From: Phoronis australis
Lineage: Eukaryota > Animalia > Phoronida
DNA: 64,000 nt
Assembly (NCBI GenBank): GCA_002633005.1
Contig: NMRA01000118.1
Span: 186,707-250,706 of the forward strand
Direction of reading: 5' to 3'
The notes under the pieces were generated by a model. It saw only the letters and a program-made list of their open reading frames with translations, was not told the DNA's origin and did no database searches. Below, one piece after another: positions 1-14,120 of the stretch (positions are counted from its first letter, which is position 1; each line of letters opens with the position of its first letter). The translations under genes and the position numbers were made by a program.

Positions 1-3000
1 CAAACACCCTCATGTTGACATCATTAATGTGTTCCTAGAAATAGTATACCCATAAGCTACAAAACACACAACATGCCAAGAAATTTATCTAACCATTGGG
101 AACTTTATTTGGTTGATGTATTGAATAGAAATATGGTTTAGTTAAGCGATAAACTTGAGTACTAAGTCTGGGTATTAACATAGCCGTGGGCGCACAACAG
201 GGCTATCCCCTCGTCATTGCAAACCCTTCCCCTGATAGAAACTCGTTTCAGTTTTGTTCTTGCCTAGCTTCCCTGTCCCTGTCCCCTGTTCATGCAGTGC
301 TTCCAAGTTGCCTCACGTTACAGTCATTGGTTGCCAACAATTTCAAGTTTAGCAACCTCTTGAATAATTCTGACTACACCAGTGTTGCTATGGGAATAGG
401 TTACTAAAGACACGACTGCCATTCAAGTTGCACATTCCCTGCTTTGTGAAAGCATAAACCATTATGAAATTAACATCTAGGCCCTGGGTTCCAACTTTTT
501 ACTCAGAATTATTTTGTTATTTTCTATTCTAGTTTTGTTTGAACTTGAGATAAGTTTCTTTTATTCTATGTGCTTATTGATGGCAATTAATGATCCCAGC
601 ATTAGAGCTAAGAGTTTGAGTAAGAGGTTTTGCTAGAAATCTTGAGTTTTTACTCAAATTTTAGCTCGAATCTATTGGTCATTAAGTACTATCTTGATCT
701 CCCAAGAAAGTGGACTAGAAGTGACAAAAACAATTTCGAGTTTGATTTGAATTGAAAGTTTCACTCTAGAGGTGTATTCCCAAAACATGATCGCATAATC
801 CCTTTTCAGGGTTTTAAATCAATCCATACAAGACTGGGCTGGAATCTGTTTAGACCAAAAAGCATTTTCAAATGCTTTTTGGTCTAAACATGCTATGTGG
901 AGAATAATAAAACATCTGTACTAAACTGTGTTGAAAAAATGAACCCTTTTGAAGTTCCGTATCCACAAATTGTACCATTTTTCTAGCTGCTATTAACCCA
1001 ACCTCTTTTTAGAATCGTCATGTAACAATATAAGATTGGTCTGGTACAAACAATGTTGTTTTTGGCCAAATTAGTAGCAAAAATCACAAGCACTCACATG
1101 AAGATTGGCATTGGATTTGGATACTAGTGTCTGATGTCAATCTTCATGTGTGCACTCGTGATTAGACTCTTGATCTCGTACTGTTCCTTACTGAGATTAC
1201 ATGTGGTATATTGGCTTCGGTTAAACTGATAGTTTGTTACTGCTTAAGACCTGGTGCAATAACTATGGCTTTGAGCAATAACAAAGTTTGAATTCTTCCA
1301 AGTCCACTAAAGAACAAGTTGAGACAGGGATATATACAGGGCTTGGAATTTTTCTTTTTTGTTTTTATTTCCTCTTATTCGATTTCCAGATTCTTTTTTA
1401 TCATCATTTTTTGGCTTACTTGACTCATGCAAAAACATTTATTTCAGTTTGATTTTACAACACAAAAATACTTCTATCAAACAAGCCTATTTGTGAAATG
1501 ATAGATCACCTGGAAAAATTTCCTCTTATAGTCATTCCAATTCCTGTATATAGTGGTAATTTGTTCACATCAAAATTTATTCTTTTTCAAATAAGACGCA
1601 TTTATAGCAACTTTAAGGGATTTAATTCGAAGGAAATGTGGAAGCTAGAAGACACCATCTGATAAGCGCATTCTGAAATAACAATTGTGCTTGTACTTTC
1701 CAAGATGTTCAACTCACATTGTTAGGTATAGGGATAGGGTTCATTCCACCATCCTTGGGTTTTCAGAGTACCCTCCTATAACCATTCCAAGGGGGTACTC
1801 CCACAGGTTTATACATGATACGACACTCAACTGGGTGATTTTTCTCAAACAATTTCTTTTCAAAATGGTGCTTGAAAAAATCCCTACCAAAGCAAACTTT
1901 TTCCCATGAATACAACGGGTTTCACTCTGGAAGTTAAAACCCCTGCATAAGGTACCTTTTTCCTACTGAAAAAGGAGTTTTAATATGATAGCTGTATTTT
2001 TAAACCTTGGACACCAGACTCATTTTTGACAACAGGAATCTCTGAGCCGACTCTTCAAGCTTAATGGGTGAAAAAGACAGCTGTCTAAGAATTATTACGA
2101 AAGGATTCAGTTGTTAGCATTAGCTCTTATAAAAAGGTTGTGCATTTGAAACATTAGGCTACAATTTTATTGAAGTCCAAACCTCGGACCACAAACATAA
2201 TGTTTTTTTAGCCACTGTCTAAATGGGTGGAGATTCTTCTAGTACCAGATATGCACAAAACTAAAGGTTAGGGCCCATTTGGAACACCTCTCGGGTATTT
2301 TAGTAGCTACAAATTTACCCTCGGAACATCTGGAGCACCTGGCTATTTTCCTATTTACATGTACAAATTTTTCTTAGAAACACTTTAGGTATTTTCGTAG
2401 CCTCAGATATCCTCTCGGAGATGAATGTTATCCAAAATATGGCAAGTCACGTGATTTCCAATCTTGACAATAATAGGAAAACTGAAGTTCGCACACATGC
2501 AGAGAGCGTTCACCTATTACGTGAAATTTGAGGTTACGAAAACACCCGAGGTGTTCTGGATGCCCTTGGAAGTTAATGTTTTCAGTGCATGCTCGAACTT
2601 TATGGCCAATCATTCTCCACTAAGTTTGATAATCACGCAGGTTAAATTCACCTCCAATGAGAAGTTTGAGGTCCCGAATATACCCAAGGTGATCTGAATG
2701 GCTTAGGACCCTCACGTTGTGCGGGGTCCCATCTCAAAAAGAAAAATGGGGAAGAAAAAATTAGTATGTCAACGAGGTGAGGGGTGTAGCTTGGCTACCT
2801 GAAGGGTCGAAAATTGTGTTCTACGAGGTGAAGACTGTGTAGGCTGCGAAGTGGTGGAAATTGGGTGCCAGCAGTGTCTACTGTAACACTGTACAAAGAC
2901 GGATAGGGGGAAGGGGGGGCGTCAAGAGGGCCATGGCCCTGCCTAAAATTATCCCAGATTCCATTTGGCAGTTTGGGGATGCAAATGTCTGACGGGAAAA

Positions 3001-3411
3001 ATACTCTGCCCTTGCCCCTACCCCTTAACTAAAATCCAGGATTTCGATGAAACTGAAAAAATGCCAAGTGAAAAGAGTGAAGCCATTGTTAATTCAGGTT
3101 TATTTTCCTAGTAAAGAATCGTTAATTACATGATTTTACTACAGTTTGTTGGTAATATCACAATATATAAACAGCTACCTCACCAGAGAGTTCCCCCCGA
3201 CCGCAAACTCGACCCAGTCTCAAAATAACTTTTACTCTCGCGACAACTAGCGACCTGAGAACGTAATACCGGATGTCAGCATGCGCAGAGCAAACTTCCT
3301 GGTTAAAAATTGCCAGCTGACAGCCAATGAAAACCATCGTTCTAGTGCGCTGTACCTGGGCCTTCACAAGCAATCCGTGACGTCATCTTGTGAGGCCCGG
3401 GAACCAGGTTA
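1..3411. mobile_element. Large dispersed repeat, copy 1 (left end lies outside the window); probable non-autonomous DNA transposon
   Basis: Colinear with 27149-30608, with frequent substitutions and small indels. Homology stops at the same terminus in both copies (...GAGGCCCGGGAACCAGGTTA). No intact ORF. Confidence 0.75.
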
Positions 3412-4382
3412 GTAGGGGACTAGCGAGCGTTGTACCAATCCTCAATAAAGCCGAGTTGACCTAGTTCAGCTAAATATCATACAAACTCCGCTCACACTTA
3501 ATCACGTGATTCTGAGCAATCGGGCAGTCTCGATTAGGTCGCTAAAACTCAATGATTATCACTAAATTTCTGTATTGCGCAATACCCAAAATTCATCATA
3601 TGTTGAAATTTTAAATACCCTACTCAAGTAAATGTGGAAATTGCTAGCTGTAACAGTCAATAAACTCCTAAAAGTTGATATATGGTGACTAATGTGCACT
3701 TCTCGATCACCGTCGTGCGTTATTGGCGATTTCTCGCGTTGCGATTTTGGAGATTATTGCAATTTTTGAACATCTATTTCTAGGAGATGTGTAAACGGAT
3801 TGCTACGAAATTCTGAAAACTTGCTACTTGATTAAATTTGTTGCAATCCCCACCCCCCAACGGATTAGGCATGGTTGCCAATGTGTCAAATTTTGGGTGA
3901 AGTTTTCAAACTTTTCCAAATATGTGAGTGTTAACGACGGTCTGCGAATAACACGCGCTCTACTATAATATTCAAATTGCAACCAGTAAATCAAAATATT
4001 CTTGCTACAAAAATGAGTTTGCCTCACAATTTAAAGTGGGAAAATGTAATGTCTTACTGTCCTACCTACCCATCTCAGGGGAGCGAGGTTATGCTGAAGG
4101 TAAAGAAAAATATTTTTAATGGGAAAGCAGCCGTTTTATATGTTTTAACAGAGTTAAAACTCTATCAAGATTTCATAACCCTGGTTTATTAGAAACGAAA
4201 GAAAGGCCTTCCTGCTAACATCTAATTGCTATCAATGCAGCAATAGAAAGTGGCGTAAATGGCCCAGCAAACGGCTCATTCCCTTTAGGTGGGACGTTTG
4301 CGTCATAGTAAATGCACTCCAGGGGAATAGTAATTTTAATTACTATTCAGTATTAAAATGCTGAATATGTCCTTTCCAGGAT

Positions 4383-4650
4383 CAGGGTGTTCCGTCGAAA
4401 TTGGAATCCCGGTGTGAAACAGATCTCCCGGTGTCGAAACACAATTGGAAGGTGTTTGAAGATTCTTTAACTCCAAGTTTGAGGCTAATGACATTGTCTC
4501 CGAATAATTGTCCGATCCCCGGGGTTTCTGTTTTAAAGTTCGGGGCTTGTGTTTTTCGGGCTGCTTGATTGTTTTGAAGGTGCGGGAGTCTGTTTTCGAC
4601 TCCGGGATATCTGTTTTACACCGAGGTTCCAGTTTCTATGAAACATCTTG
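4383..4650. mobile_element. MITE with ~58-bp imperfect terminal inverted repeats
   Basis: CAGGGTGTTCCGTCGAAATTGGAATCCCGGTGTGAAACAGATCTCCCGG at 4383 matches the reverse complement of ~4592-4650 (CAAGATGTTTCATAGAAACTGGAACCTCGGTGTAAAACAGATATCCCGG). Confidence 0.7.
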
Positions 4651-5489
4651 AAGATAACCGCGAATCTGTGTTTTTACTAAAGGTAAGATCAAAATTGGTT
4701 AGCCCTACTTTCTTGTTCAAAGATATACTAAGCCTTCAAATGAAGTTTCTTAAAGACCAGCAGACCAATGAGAAATGGCATAGCCACGATGTGTAACACG
4801 GGGGTATATCCTCACCTGCTCAGCTCAAAGAAGTTAATCCAGCGCGCTCTTCAGCTTGGGTGACTTGAATACTCTTCTACACACAATTAGTACTACTCAG
4901 ATTTCAGATGAGCCCCTTAACGAACAAAAAATAACTTGAAGCAAGGTCTGCACGTCAGTCTCCGTTGGTTGATCAGGAGATGCTTGTGGTCATGATTCGT
5001 TCCAAACTGTATTCGGCTAATCATAATTGAGATGATACAATTATCCAAACACAGTATACTTTTTACCTTCCATACCTGCAAAAATGTTCTTAAAGCACGA
5101 TGCCAAGTAAAACTACCACGAGGAGCGACGAAGGGGGTTTTGAAGCGTTTCCAGAATGCGTGTACAACACAGCTCATCTGACCATCCCTCGGTGTTAATC
5201 CAATGAAACTCTATCAGGCACATGGTGATGCACCATTTGGTAGTTATTAACATTATGTAAGCTTCAGTTAGGAACCATCCGAAGTGACCTAGTCTTGCAA
5301 TATTGTGCCCGCGATTTGAATTCTGTTGACTATGATGACGATTCAAACGTTCTGTTTTCTTATTGTCCACAGACACTACTATATTTCTAACTAAAAGAAC
5401 CAGGGATTTTGTTTTGAAGTGCTTGAACGTACACGAGAGGAATGTTCTAAAACGAGTCGGTGGCCTGGTCACGGTTACAGGTAAACACT

Positions 5490-6514
5490 GAGGAATTGAT
5501 CCGTGAAAGCAAACATAAGTGCTCTATGCAAAACAAGTTTGCAAAGAAAATTATGGTAAGATACGCAACATGGCCTGGCATAAAGGCCACTACAAATATG
5601 AGAGTAAAATTTATAATAAGAGCACGCGAATGAACCGCAAACGAAGTGCTTCTAGGGATGTTTATCTGCATCATAAAATGGCCACTAGCTGGTGCAAAAT
5701 ACGTCAAATCCATCCGAAAACAGGAACATGTCATCGTCATGCCACAGTAATTGAAGTCGTCGGAAAATCATCGACAACCGTCCTCTACACACTAAGAACA
5801 TATATTATATCAATTTTCACAATCATTCATAGAGTAGACGTCAAAAACAGACTAGTAAACAGTAAAAATGACCACGAGATTGCGCAAAATACGTTGATTC
5901 CATCCGAAAACGGAAACATGTTATCTTTTCTTTAATAGAAAGTTATTTACCAAACTTTGTAAAAATCCGTCAAGGAACTTCAGAGAAACAGAGGAAAACA
6001 AAAAAAATGAAATTACCACCAGGCGGCACAGGATTCGTCTGAAAGTCGTTATCGTATTTTGTCAATTCCATACAAATACACTTGCTAAATCTAATAAAGA
6101 TCCTGTCGTGGGTTTAGGAGATACAGCTATGGGCACAAAAAACAAAACTACCACTAGAAGGCGCTTAATTAGTCGAAGTCGTCGGAAAATTATGGTCCAC
6201 CGCCTTCTTCACACTCAGAACATATATGCCAATTTTCACAATCATCCTTTGAGTGGTTTGGTTGATAGAGGGGCGGACGCCAGAAACAGACTAGAAAACA
6301 GAAAAAATGGCCACTAGATGGCGCAAAATACGTCCAATCTTTCCAAAATCGAGAACATGTCCTTGGTTTTTTATAGAAAGCTATTTGCCGAACTTCATAA
6401 AAATCCGTCAAGGAACTTTAGAGAATCAGAGGAAAGGCAGAAAAATAAAATTGCCACTTGGAGACACCGCGTTCATCACAGCGGGCATGGGTCCACGGAT
6501 AACGGCCCCCTAGT
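5490..6514. mobile_element. Non-coding repeat with internal direct duplications; possibly a Helitron/Helentron-associated non-autonomous element
   Basis: Duplicated blocks AAAATGGCCACTAG(C/A)TGG(T/C)GCAAAATACGTC (~5676, ~6304) and AAAAATCCGTCAAGGAACTT (~5961, ~6399). Short inverted motif ATCCGTG/CACGGAT near both ends; ends in a GC-rich stretch followed by CTAGT. Confidence 0.4.
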
Positions 6515-6859
6515 TTTTCAACCATCTACACAAAGATAAAACACATTGTAGGGTTCGGCTTATAATGTGCCTAAGCCGCTTTCTATTGTTGACTGAGCCG
6601 GAAACATTTGTGAACGCGGTTAGAGATGGTTTCTATCTAACCTAAAGGGGAAGACAGTAGTTTTTATGGTTATTTTTTGTCATGTAAATCACGATTTTTT
6701 GGTTATCTTAAACGAACTCTGAACGTGAAATAATTTCGCCAGGCTCTAATTCACTGTGCATGCGTCACTCCGGAATTTGTTTTCATACACTTCAGACTGT
6801 GCGTCATTGCGTTTGTTATGTTGCAACAGTTATTCGACTCCGTCAACGTCTTATTCAGT

Positions 6860-7133
6860 ATGCCTGGAGATTGTTGCGTATGCGCATGCGCGCATTACAA
6901 ATCGTCAAAGATTATAGGTGTCTCATTTCATAGATTTCCACTGGATGACAAGATACGTGGAAGTTGGCTCGTTCAAGTGAACAGTATGCACTTCGGCTAA
7001 GGCAATGCAAAATTATAGCGTGTTCTTTGTACCGTCATATTACGAATGGGACATGTCATAGTACGCCGAGATTGCAAAGGTACTCCCGAAATACATTCTG
7101 CAGAAGATTGCTATTCCCTTGATATTTAGATTC
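6860..7133 (+). pseudogene. Degenerate THAP zinc-finger domain (DNA-transposon relic)
   Basis: MPGDCCVCAC...GVSFHRFPLDDKIRGSWL matches the THAP CxxxxC...FHxFP...W pattern. After a stop and frameshift, LQKIAIPLIF resembles the AVPTIF box. Confidence 0.7.
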
Positions 7134-10100
7134 TCTGTTGCCTCGCCACCTGATCGGTCGTTTTAATGCGAAACAACAGACAAAATTAAACACTCTTTGG
7201 CTAAAAAAATTCGTTCGCTATATTTGTATTATCACGTTCATCATACACGCGCTCAAGTCCACACCAATGTCGTATTTTGAAGGTCAGTAAACATTTTTAA
7301 AGCTTTGAAAAACACAATATCGTGATGGTGGGAACTGCGATGCCTTGCTACTTAGCAGGTGTAATCATACATGTACTTGGACAATAAAACTGCTATTGAC
7401 CTTCACACTCGGTCAACATGTTGGTTTTTACGCCCCAAAAATATAATAAACACCTCGATACCGCCTCGATCATCATCAGTTTTTCGCTTTACAAAACCTG
7501 TGTGGCAAAGCAAGCATTCTCTGACGGCTTGGAAGGGCAAAATATTCCGTACCTGAGACGCCTGTGAACATGCTAGCGTTCGTTTTCAACCTACGTGTAT
7601 TTCCAAGTTCTAGTAAGGTATTGTCTGCTTAAACTTGCAAAGATTGTCTTTTCGCTTTACAAAAAATATGTGGTGCAGCATGCACTCTCAGGTGGATTAA
7701 ACTAAACTTAAAAGCAATGTTTTGTATACTCGAAGGTCCTGTGAGTACATTAACTCTTGTTTTTTATCGAATTACTGCAGTTAAACTTGAAATAGTTGTT
7801 TCTTCAGTCTACAAAACTGACGTGGTCAAAGGGCCATTACCCAACTCATAACGTAACACCGTAAAAACAATGTCTGCTCTTGAAACTTGTCAGCACATTT
7901 ATTCAACGTTTGTGTCTAACCTGGAAGGAATGTCTTTACTCAATGCGGTTATTAACCCGCGTTCTGTCCAACAATCGAACTTTTCACCAAACACCGCAAT
8001 AGAATTGGTCTGCACTTTTTCCTTCCCGGATATGAAAAAATGGCTGAGTTAGCAAAGAATTGACATTTCTTTACCGTGCTTGCCGTATAAAATGACACGT
8101 CGTGACAATCCAAGTTTTAGAGCTTTGGCTCAAGTAATAACGAACTGTCATTGCTTTTGAAGCTCTGAAATTATCTCAAAATGGACTTGGGGAAGATTTG
8201 AAACCGCTGATTTCCATAACAGTAAGTGGTCTAAAGTAAAAGTTATAGAAGTTGCGTTTTATGGAAGACGAATTTATAGCCTCTGTTCAACCGAAATACT
8301 TAACGAGAAAATAGTTTATGCATTTTTCTGCGTTGTAAGTGCAATGTTTTTGTTGAGTCCCGTTGACAAATTGAAGATTTTCTGTGTGGTTTCACGTTTT
8401 CAGAGCTCATGTAAAACGTTTGAATTTTTGTGTGACGTCAGTCTGAACCATTCAATATTATAATCCTGGAGATTTCGTTAAAACCATTTACAGGAAACAC
8501 GCGTCTTATGTTTGCAATTTTGTTTGTGCAGGCGCTGTGCCGGATGACATATAAAGAAGTTAGTTAATGTCTGTGTAACCTTGCCTTTTTATAGCAGCAT
8601 CGTGGACAGATCTATTTTTTAGTTATAGCCAGTCGGCTAAAAGTAGATGCGTCTTCTAAATAAAGAGTTGATGGCAAAGTCAGTATAGACGCAAACAGCC
8701 AGCACATATCATAATTATCTTAAACTTTTCACTGATCACTGAATGAAGTGTTGCCCAGCTCAAAATTGAGAATTTACGTAGTTATTAGAGTTTTCGGTCA
8801 AGAGTATTTGTGTTATACTTGACTTGTGATAATGAGGTTGCTAAGCAGGTCATTTAGGGGCACAGCTCTCATTGACCAGTGCTTGGCTATTTCGTTTTCG
8901 TTAAAAGCAAATGAAAGCAAATAGGCCGGAACCTTGGATGTACATGGATTTGGAGTATAAAGTTTTTTTAATGTTTAGTATAAACGTCTGATACTTATGC
9001 ATTTGGAAACTACCGGGTGGCATGATGTCACCCTTGGGAAGTTTTGTCCAGAGGACTTAATCCAAGATGGCCGCCATAGAATTGGCGAAATCTGCTCTCT
9101 TTCTCTTATCGTTGAAACTTGATGAGACACAGGCGTGTATAATATGCCTTGCCATAAGTTTTCAGGCACCAGCAATCCACTGCCATTATCATCAACATGC
9201 CGAAAAACTAGGATAATCGTCATAACGGTCTTACTTTGTCACCAAAATTCCACTAACTGAATGTTCACCTGTGAGATGCGGTGACACATGTATTGAGACC
9301 TGAAACAAAGAACATTAATTTATTAAAACTCTACAATAAGTACGTTCTCTGTAGATTCTAAAAACGTGGTCATGGTACGCCCCTTACCAGATGTCCGCTT
9401 GGCAATTTTGAACTGTTTGACAGATACCTGAAATAGCACCCGGTTTCTTAGACAGCAGCCAGCCGAGAGGGGTTGAAAGCAAACTACAGCCACCATTTTG
9501 CATCAAAGATAGGTCACGGCTAAAACTTTTGGCTTTTCTCATTCAGGACGAGTTAAAAAGCACAAGCAAACCATTTTCTTTGAAATTATTTCCAACACAG
9601 TCCCCAAAACAGCTTCAAACCTGACGCACCCCCTTTATTTAATTTGTAGCCCCTACAAATTGCCCGTGGCTGCAAGTTATAACTGTTCAGTGCTACCTTG
9701 ATTCCAGGTTAGGCACTTGTGATTGATGTCTTTACAGCTATTAAAATATTTGCTTCATTTTGACAATAACTTTTTATTAACTCCCCACGAATTCTATGAG
9801 AAATGCATTGTCCCTTGTTTTAATTGAACTTTACAGCAGTATCCAAAATTCACAGGCGGCTTCAGCGAAGCTTTCTAAGACGGTATTTCACAGTCGATTC
9901 CCGTGATTCAGTACGATTCAGATTGGGATTTGTCAGTATGGTGACATTTGGCAGCAATTTGTGACAAAGCCGAAGAAAGGGTTGGTGTTTTACCAACACA
10001 AAAGCATAGAATTGGGTCTTGGAATTGCATTCATGTCTGAGGTAAGTTGGGTTTTCGACCAAAACACACCAGCACTCCAAGTTAAAAAGTAATTAGTCAT

Positions 10101-10147
10101 TTGAGAAAGATTTCTATTCGTTGCCCATCCAAGNTAAATAAGTAGAA

Positions 10148-10784
10148 TGTTATATTATGGGCTGAAATCAACAAGATAATTAGATGAGCTATAGTAGTTG
10201 AAGCATAAAGACTTGCTACAGTGTACAGAAGCAATTGTACGACAGAGCCATCTCGTGGAAGATTCTAGAAAGGATCTTGGCAAGGGCAAGGGTTAACGAA
10301 CAGGAAGTTAACCAAGAGCTTGCCACTTGCATCGTGGGTAGTAAGATACTACCTGAAGTGTTGCGTCACCAGCCAGAGACTGTGACCAGCAAGAAGAATC
10401 GCGGGTAGAAGAAATTGCCTGCAAGTGTTGCATCACCAGAGACGGTGACCAACAAGTACACTGTCGCTATACAGTGTGTGTAGTTCGAAGATTCACCAAC
10501 AGGACAGACATCCAACAAGTGGAGAGTTCTAGCTTGGATAGCAGATAAGACATTTCATTATTTGGGTTGCTTGATTAAAGTAATCTTTAAAGAGGGCGCT
10601 AGTGTAGCTACTTTTTTGTAGTTGATTACTTAATTAACAACAGGTTTCACTTGTCTAATTAGAGGTTATCATATAATAAACTAATTACTGGATTTGATTA
10701 TTCACTTTCCATCTACGCACAATCTCAAAGCATAGCTACCTTTTAAACAAACCCACCGTCAATCGTCTGACAGAAATATATACA
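10148..10784 (+). mobile_element. Solo-LTR-like repeat, copy 1
   Basis: Starts TGTTATAT and ends ATATATACA (TG...CA), with an internal AATAAA at ~10675. Direct-repeat homologue at ~11518-12043. Confidence 0.6.
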
Positions 10785-11517
10785 AGCTTGAGCACTCGTC
10801 GCGAAGGCTTTTGGATCTGCCTAACTTGGAAGGGGATGCGTTATTACTGATGCGGACCTCGGTCTTTCATAGGGGAATCAGTTTTAGGAATTGCCAACAG
10901 GAATGAGAAAACAGGCCCGATTTTATAAACACGATCGATTTTCGTAACAGGGTTAGCCTTGTGAATCGCCGACAGGATTTAGAAAACAGGGTCGATTCTC
11001 CGAAACATGTTCACTTCTAAACGGTCGTTTTACATACAGTTGCATTTACGAAACCCTGAGGAATGATTTTTAAGTAGTATTAAATTTACAAAATAGGATT
11101 TTAATTATATTTTAAACAGAAAGGGATTTATTAAGTAGAGTTGAATTTACCAAGCAGGATTGGTTTCGTTTTTCACAATTTTTGCACTTTCCGCCCCTCA
11201 TAGAAAGTAGGTTGTCAGAATAAATATTGATTAAGAAATTAGTACAGATGGTTCCATTTAAGTTGCCCAAAATTTGTGCACATGTACTTTTAAACCATGG
11301 GATCAAACTTGTTTACATGTACTTTTGACGTCAAGATGATGTTTACTACTTTGGTTCTCGGGTCAAAGCATTCTAAAGATTCTAGAAATTTTTTATTTCA
11401 AATCGTAACAGCCAATGATATGAAAAGATCAGATCATGTGGTTTTTATTAGCCAATCGTTAAGTAAGTATATTAATATAATTGGGGCCGAAATTTTGAAA
11501 ATACTCAGCTGAAATTA

Positions 11518-12043
11518 AGTAGTTGAAGCTAGAAGACTGCTTCAGTGTACATAAGAAATTGTACTACAGAGCTATTTCGTTGAAGACTCTAAAGAGGATC
11601 TTGGCAAGGGCAAGGGTTAACGAACAGGAAGTTAACTAAGAGCGTGTCACTTGTATTGTGGGTAGAAGATAGTGCCTGCAAGTGTTGCGTCACGAAGGAC
11701 TGTGGACAGCAAGTACACTGTCGCAGTACAGTGTCTGTTAGTTCGAAGATTCACCAACAGGACTTTCATCCAGCAAGTGTTGAGTTCTACAGCTTGGATA
11801 GCAGATAAGACGTTTGATTGTTTATAGTTAATTGTTTGAAGTAAACCTTACAGAGGGCGCTAACGTAGTTACTCTTCATTGTTATATTATTTAATTAACA
11901 ACAGGTTTCACTTGTCTTAATTAGTGGTTATCACATAATAAATTAATTACTGTATTTAATCATTCTGTTTACATCTACTCACAATCTCAAAGCACAGCTA
12001 CCTTTTACACAAAACCACTGTCAACTTCAGACATAGGTCACAA
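11518..12043 (+). mobile_element. Solo-LTR-like repeat, copy 2 (5'-truncated)
   Basis: Shares long blocks with copy 1, e.g. GGATCTTGGCAAGGGCAAGGGTTAACGAACAGGAAGTTAAC and AGTTCGAAGATTCACCAACAGGAC. Confidence 0.6.
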
Positions 12044-13844
12044 CTGAACGTCCTGATGTGTCACTCCCAGGTGCAAATTATTGATAACTTTTAATCAGAA
12101 ACCAGAAATGCAGCCATTTTTTCTGCATAGTCCATTTTATTCGACAGTTTGTAGGCTTCTTACCAGTATGCTAACGTGTTGAAAGTTAATGGTTTTGAGT
12201 AACACAGTGAAAATATATTTTAAGGATACCGAAGTAATCAGGTGATACCGTCGTGAGACGTGAATTTGGGAAGGTATTGCCAAGGATATTAAATACTGAC
12301 GTAAGTTATTGAAATCAGATGAAACCACTGTTACAAATGACAAGACGTGCTGGGTTAACAATTTAAGAAAGTTTTATTTGATTTCGACTTAATATACGTG
12401 AATGGTACACTCAGGGTGTTGATGTTAAACAAGTTTTCAAAAGATAACTGGTATTTCTCACACATGGACAGAATCTCCTCATGGATGGTTTCCCCCTAGA
12501 CCGTAAGCAAAAAGTGGAACCGGATGCAGGAAACTTGACTGAACATTCCCTTGACTGTCTAGATATCTGAAATAAATAATATAGATATAGAACCATTTCA
12601 TTTACCGGTAGCTTGAGGCCTAGAGCATTTAAAGGGGTACTTTCGTGATTTTGAAATCCTGATTAGCAAAGAATACTGAATTAGACGGAGGGGCCACAGT
12701 CGTATAGCAAGTTATCCTCAATTTAACGTGCCAAAAAACCAACTGACAGATGTTTCAGTTTTGTTCAAGGCTTTATTTAAGCACTGATTTTAATTTGTCC
12801 AGACACTGTTATAGGATCCACTTCGAAGGAAAGCTCTATATGAGTGCTTACTTAAATAACACAAAGAGCCAGCTGACCTGATACACTCACATCTGTTACT
12901 AATTTAAGTGCCCTTTGCGGCTCGAGGATCAATGACTCAACAAGGACATGTCCACAGATTTCAACCATTTCATCAATAATATGCTCGCTGGTATAGCTGT
13001 TGTCGGAGGATGTCTAAAATTGTAATATGAAGTACTTCTCAAGAATGTAACAAACTGTTAACATCAGAAAAAATTTTCAATAATTCACTTTTAGGTAAAA
13101 CGTAAAATGTTATTCAATTATGGGAGCAAATGTCTTAACTTGGTCATTCTTGTGATAAGAGTGTACTTCACTTTAATGCTTGTAAGTACTTACAGCTGTA
13201 GTCATCTAAGAGCTCTAGCACAGCTTTTTAGTTAGTATGATGAACCATTAGATAATGCATAACGAGAAAACATACTTCCAGGGTGAAGTGCTCAGGGTAT
13301 TGGTTGTATTTAAAATATGACAAGTTACAATGTTTGTAAAAACATAGCCCACCTTGTCAATGTCAGCATTTTCACTGGGAACACTGAAACACTAAAATAA
13401 ATGGAAAAATCATTGTGTTATTTTTAATTCTAGAATCCAAAATTCTCAAAACAAAGCTCTGTAAGTTGCTCCTCGTGGGGACATATATATATATATACTA
13501 AGAGAACTATACAGATCCGGGGCATTTTTATATATGAGACCTTTACTGTGGGGTTGCAAAAAATTGTGGGGTATATATAATGCCCCACAATTTCAGACCT
13601 ATCAGAAAATGTTATTTGGTATGCACAGTGTCTCCACGTGTATTCTCTCAACAACTTGGTTTCATAAGGACATCCTATATATAACTCTGATCAGGCCCTC
13701 CCAAAAGATGTCACTGTTAATGAGTGCCCTGCTCCAGACAGCCATATGTGACCTACATTGGTGCAGTGTTATGTAATGCCCATTAACTTAGTTGACCTTC
13801 CACTGTAACAAGCCTCTGAGGTTTTGATTTTAGTGTTNACCTTG

Positions 13845-14120
13845 TTCAGGGGCATATATATAATATATAGCCCGCAACTATATATGCCCCATTGGGTATA
13901 TGCCCCGGAACAATATATATATATATATATATATCCCACAATTATATATACCTCACTAGGTATACACCCCAGTACAATATATAGCCCGCAAGTATGTGTG
14001 TCCCATTGGGCATTATGTATACAATATATACCCCGCAACTTTATATATCCCATTAGATATATGGCCCCAGTATTTTATATATCCCGGATTTCCACCTAAT
14101 ATACAAGCCCCGCAACTTTC
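13845..14120. repeat. Degenerate ATAT/CCCC-rich tandem array
   Basis: Recurrent ATATATAGCCCGCAA, CCCCATTGGGTATAT and CCCCGCAACTT units. Confidence 0.7.

Noticed and set aside
3158-3373. Duplicated small gene (ORFs 3158-3373 and 30316-30570)
   Set aside because: TTG starts, different lengths and C-termini; the similarity is explained by the shared repeat terminus.
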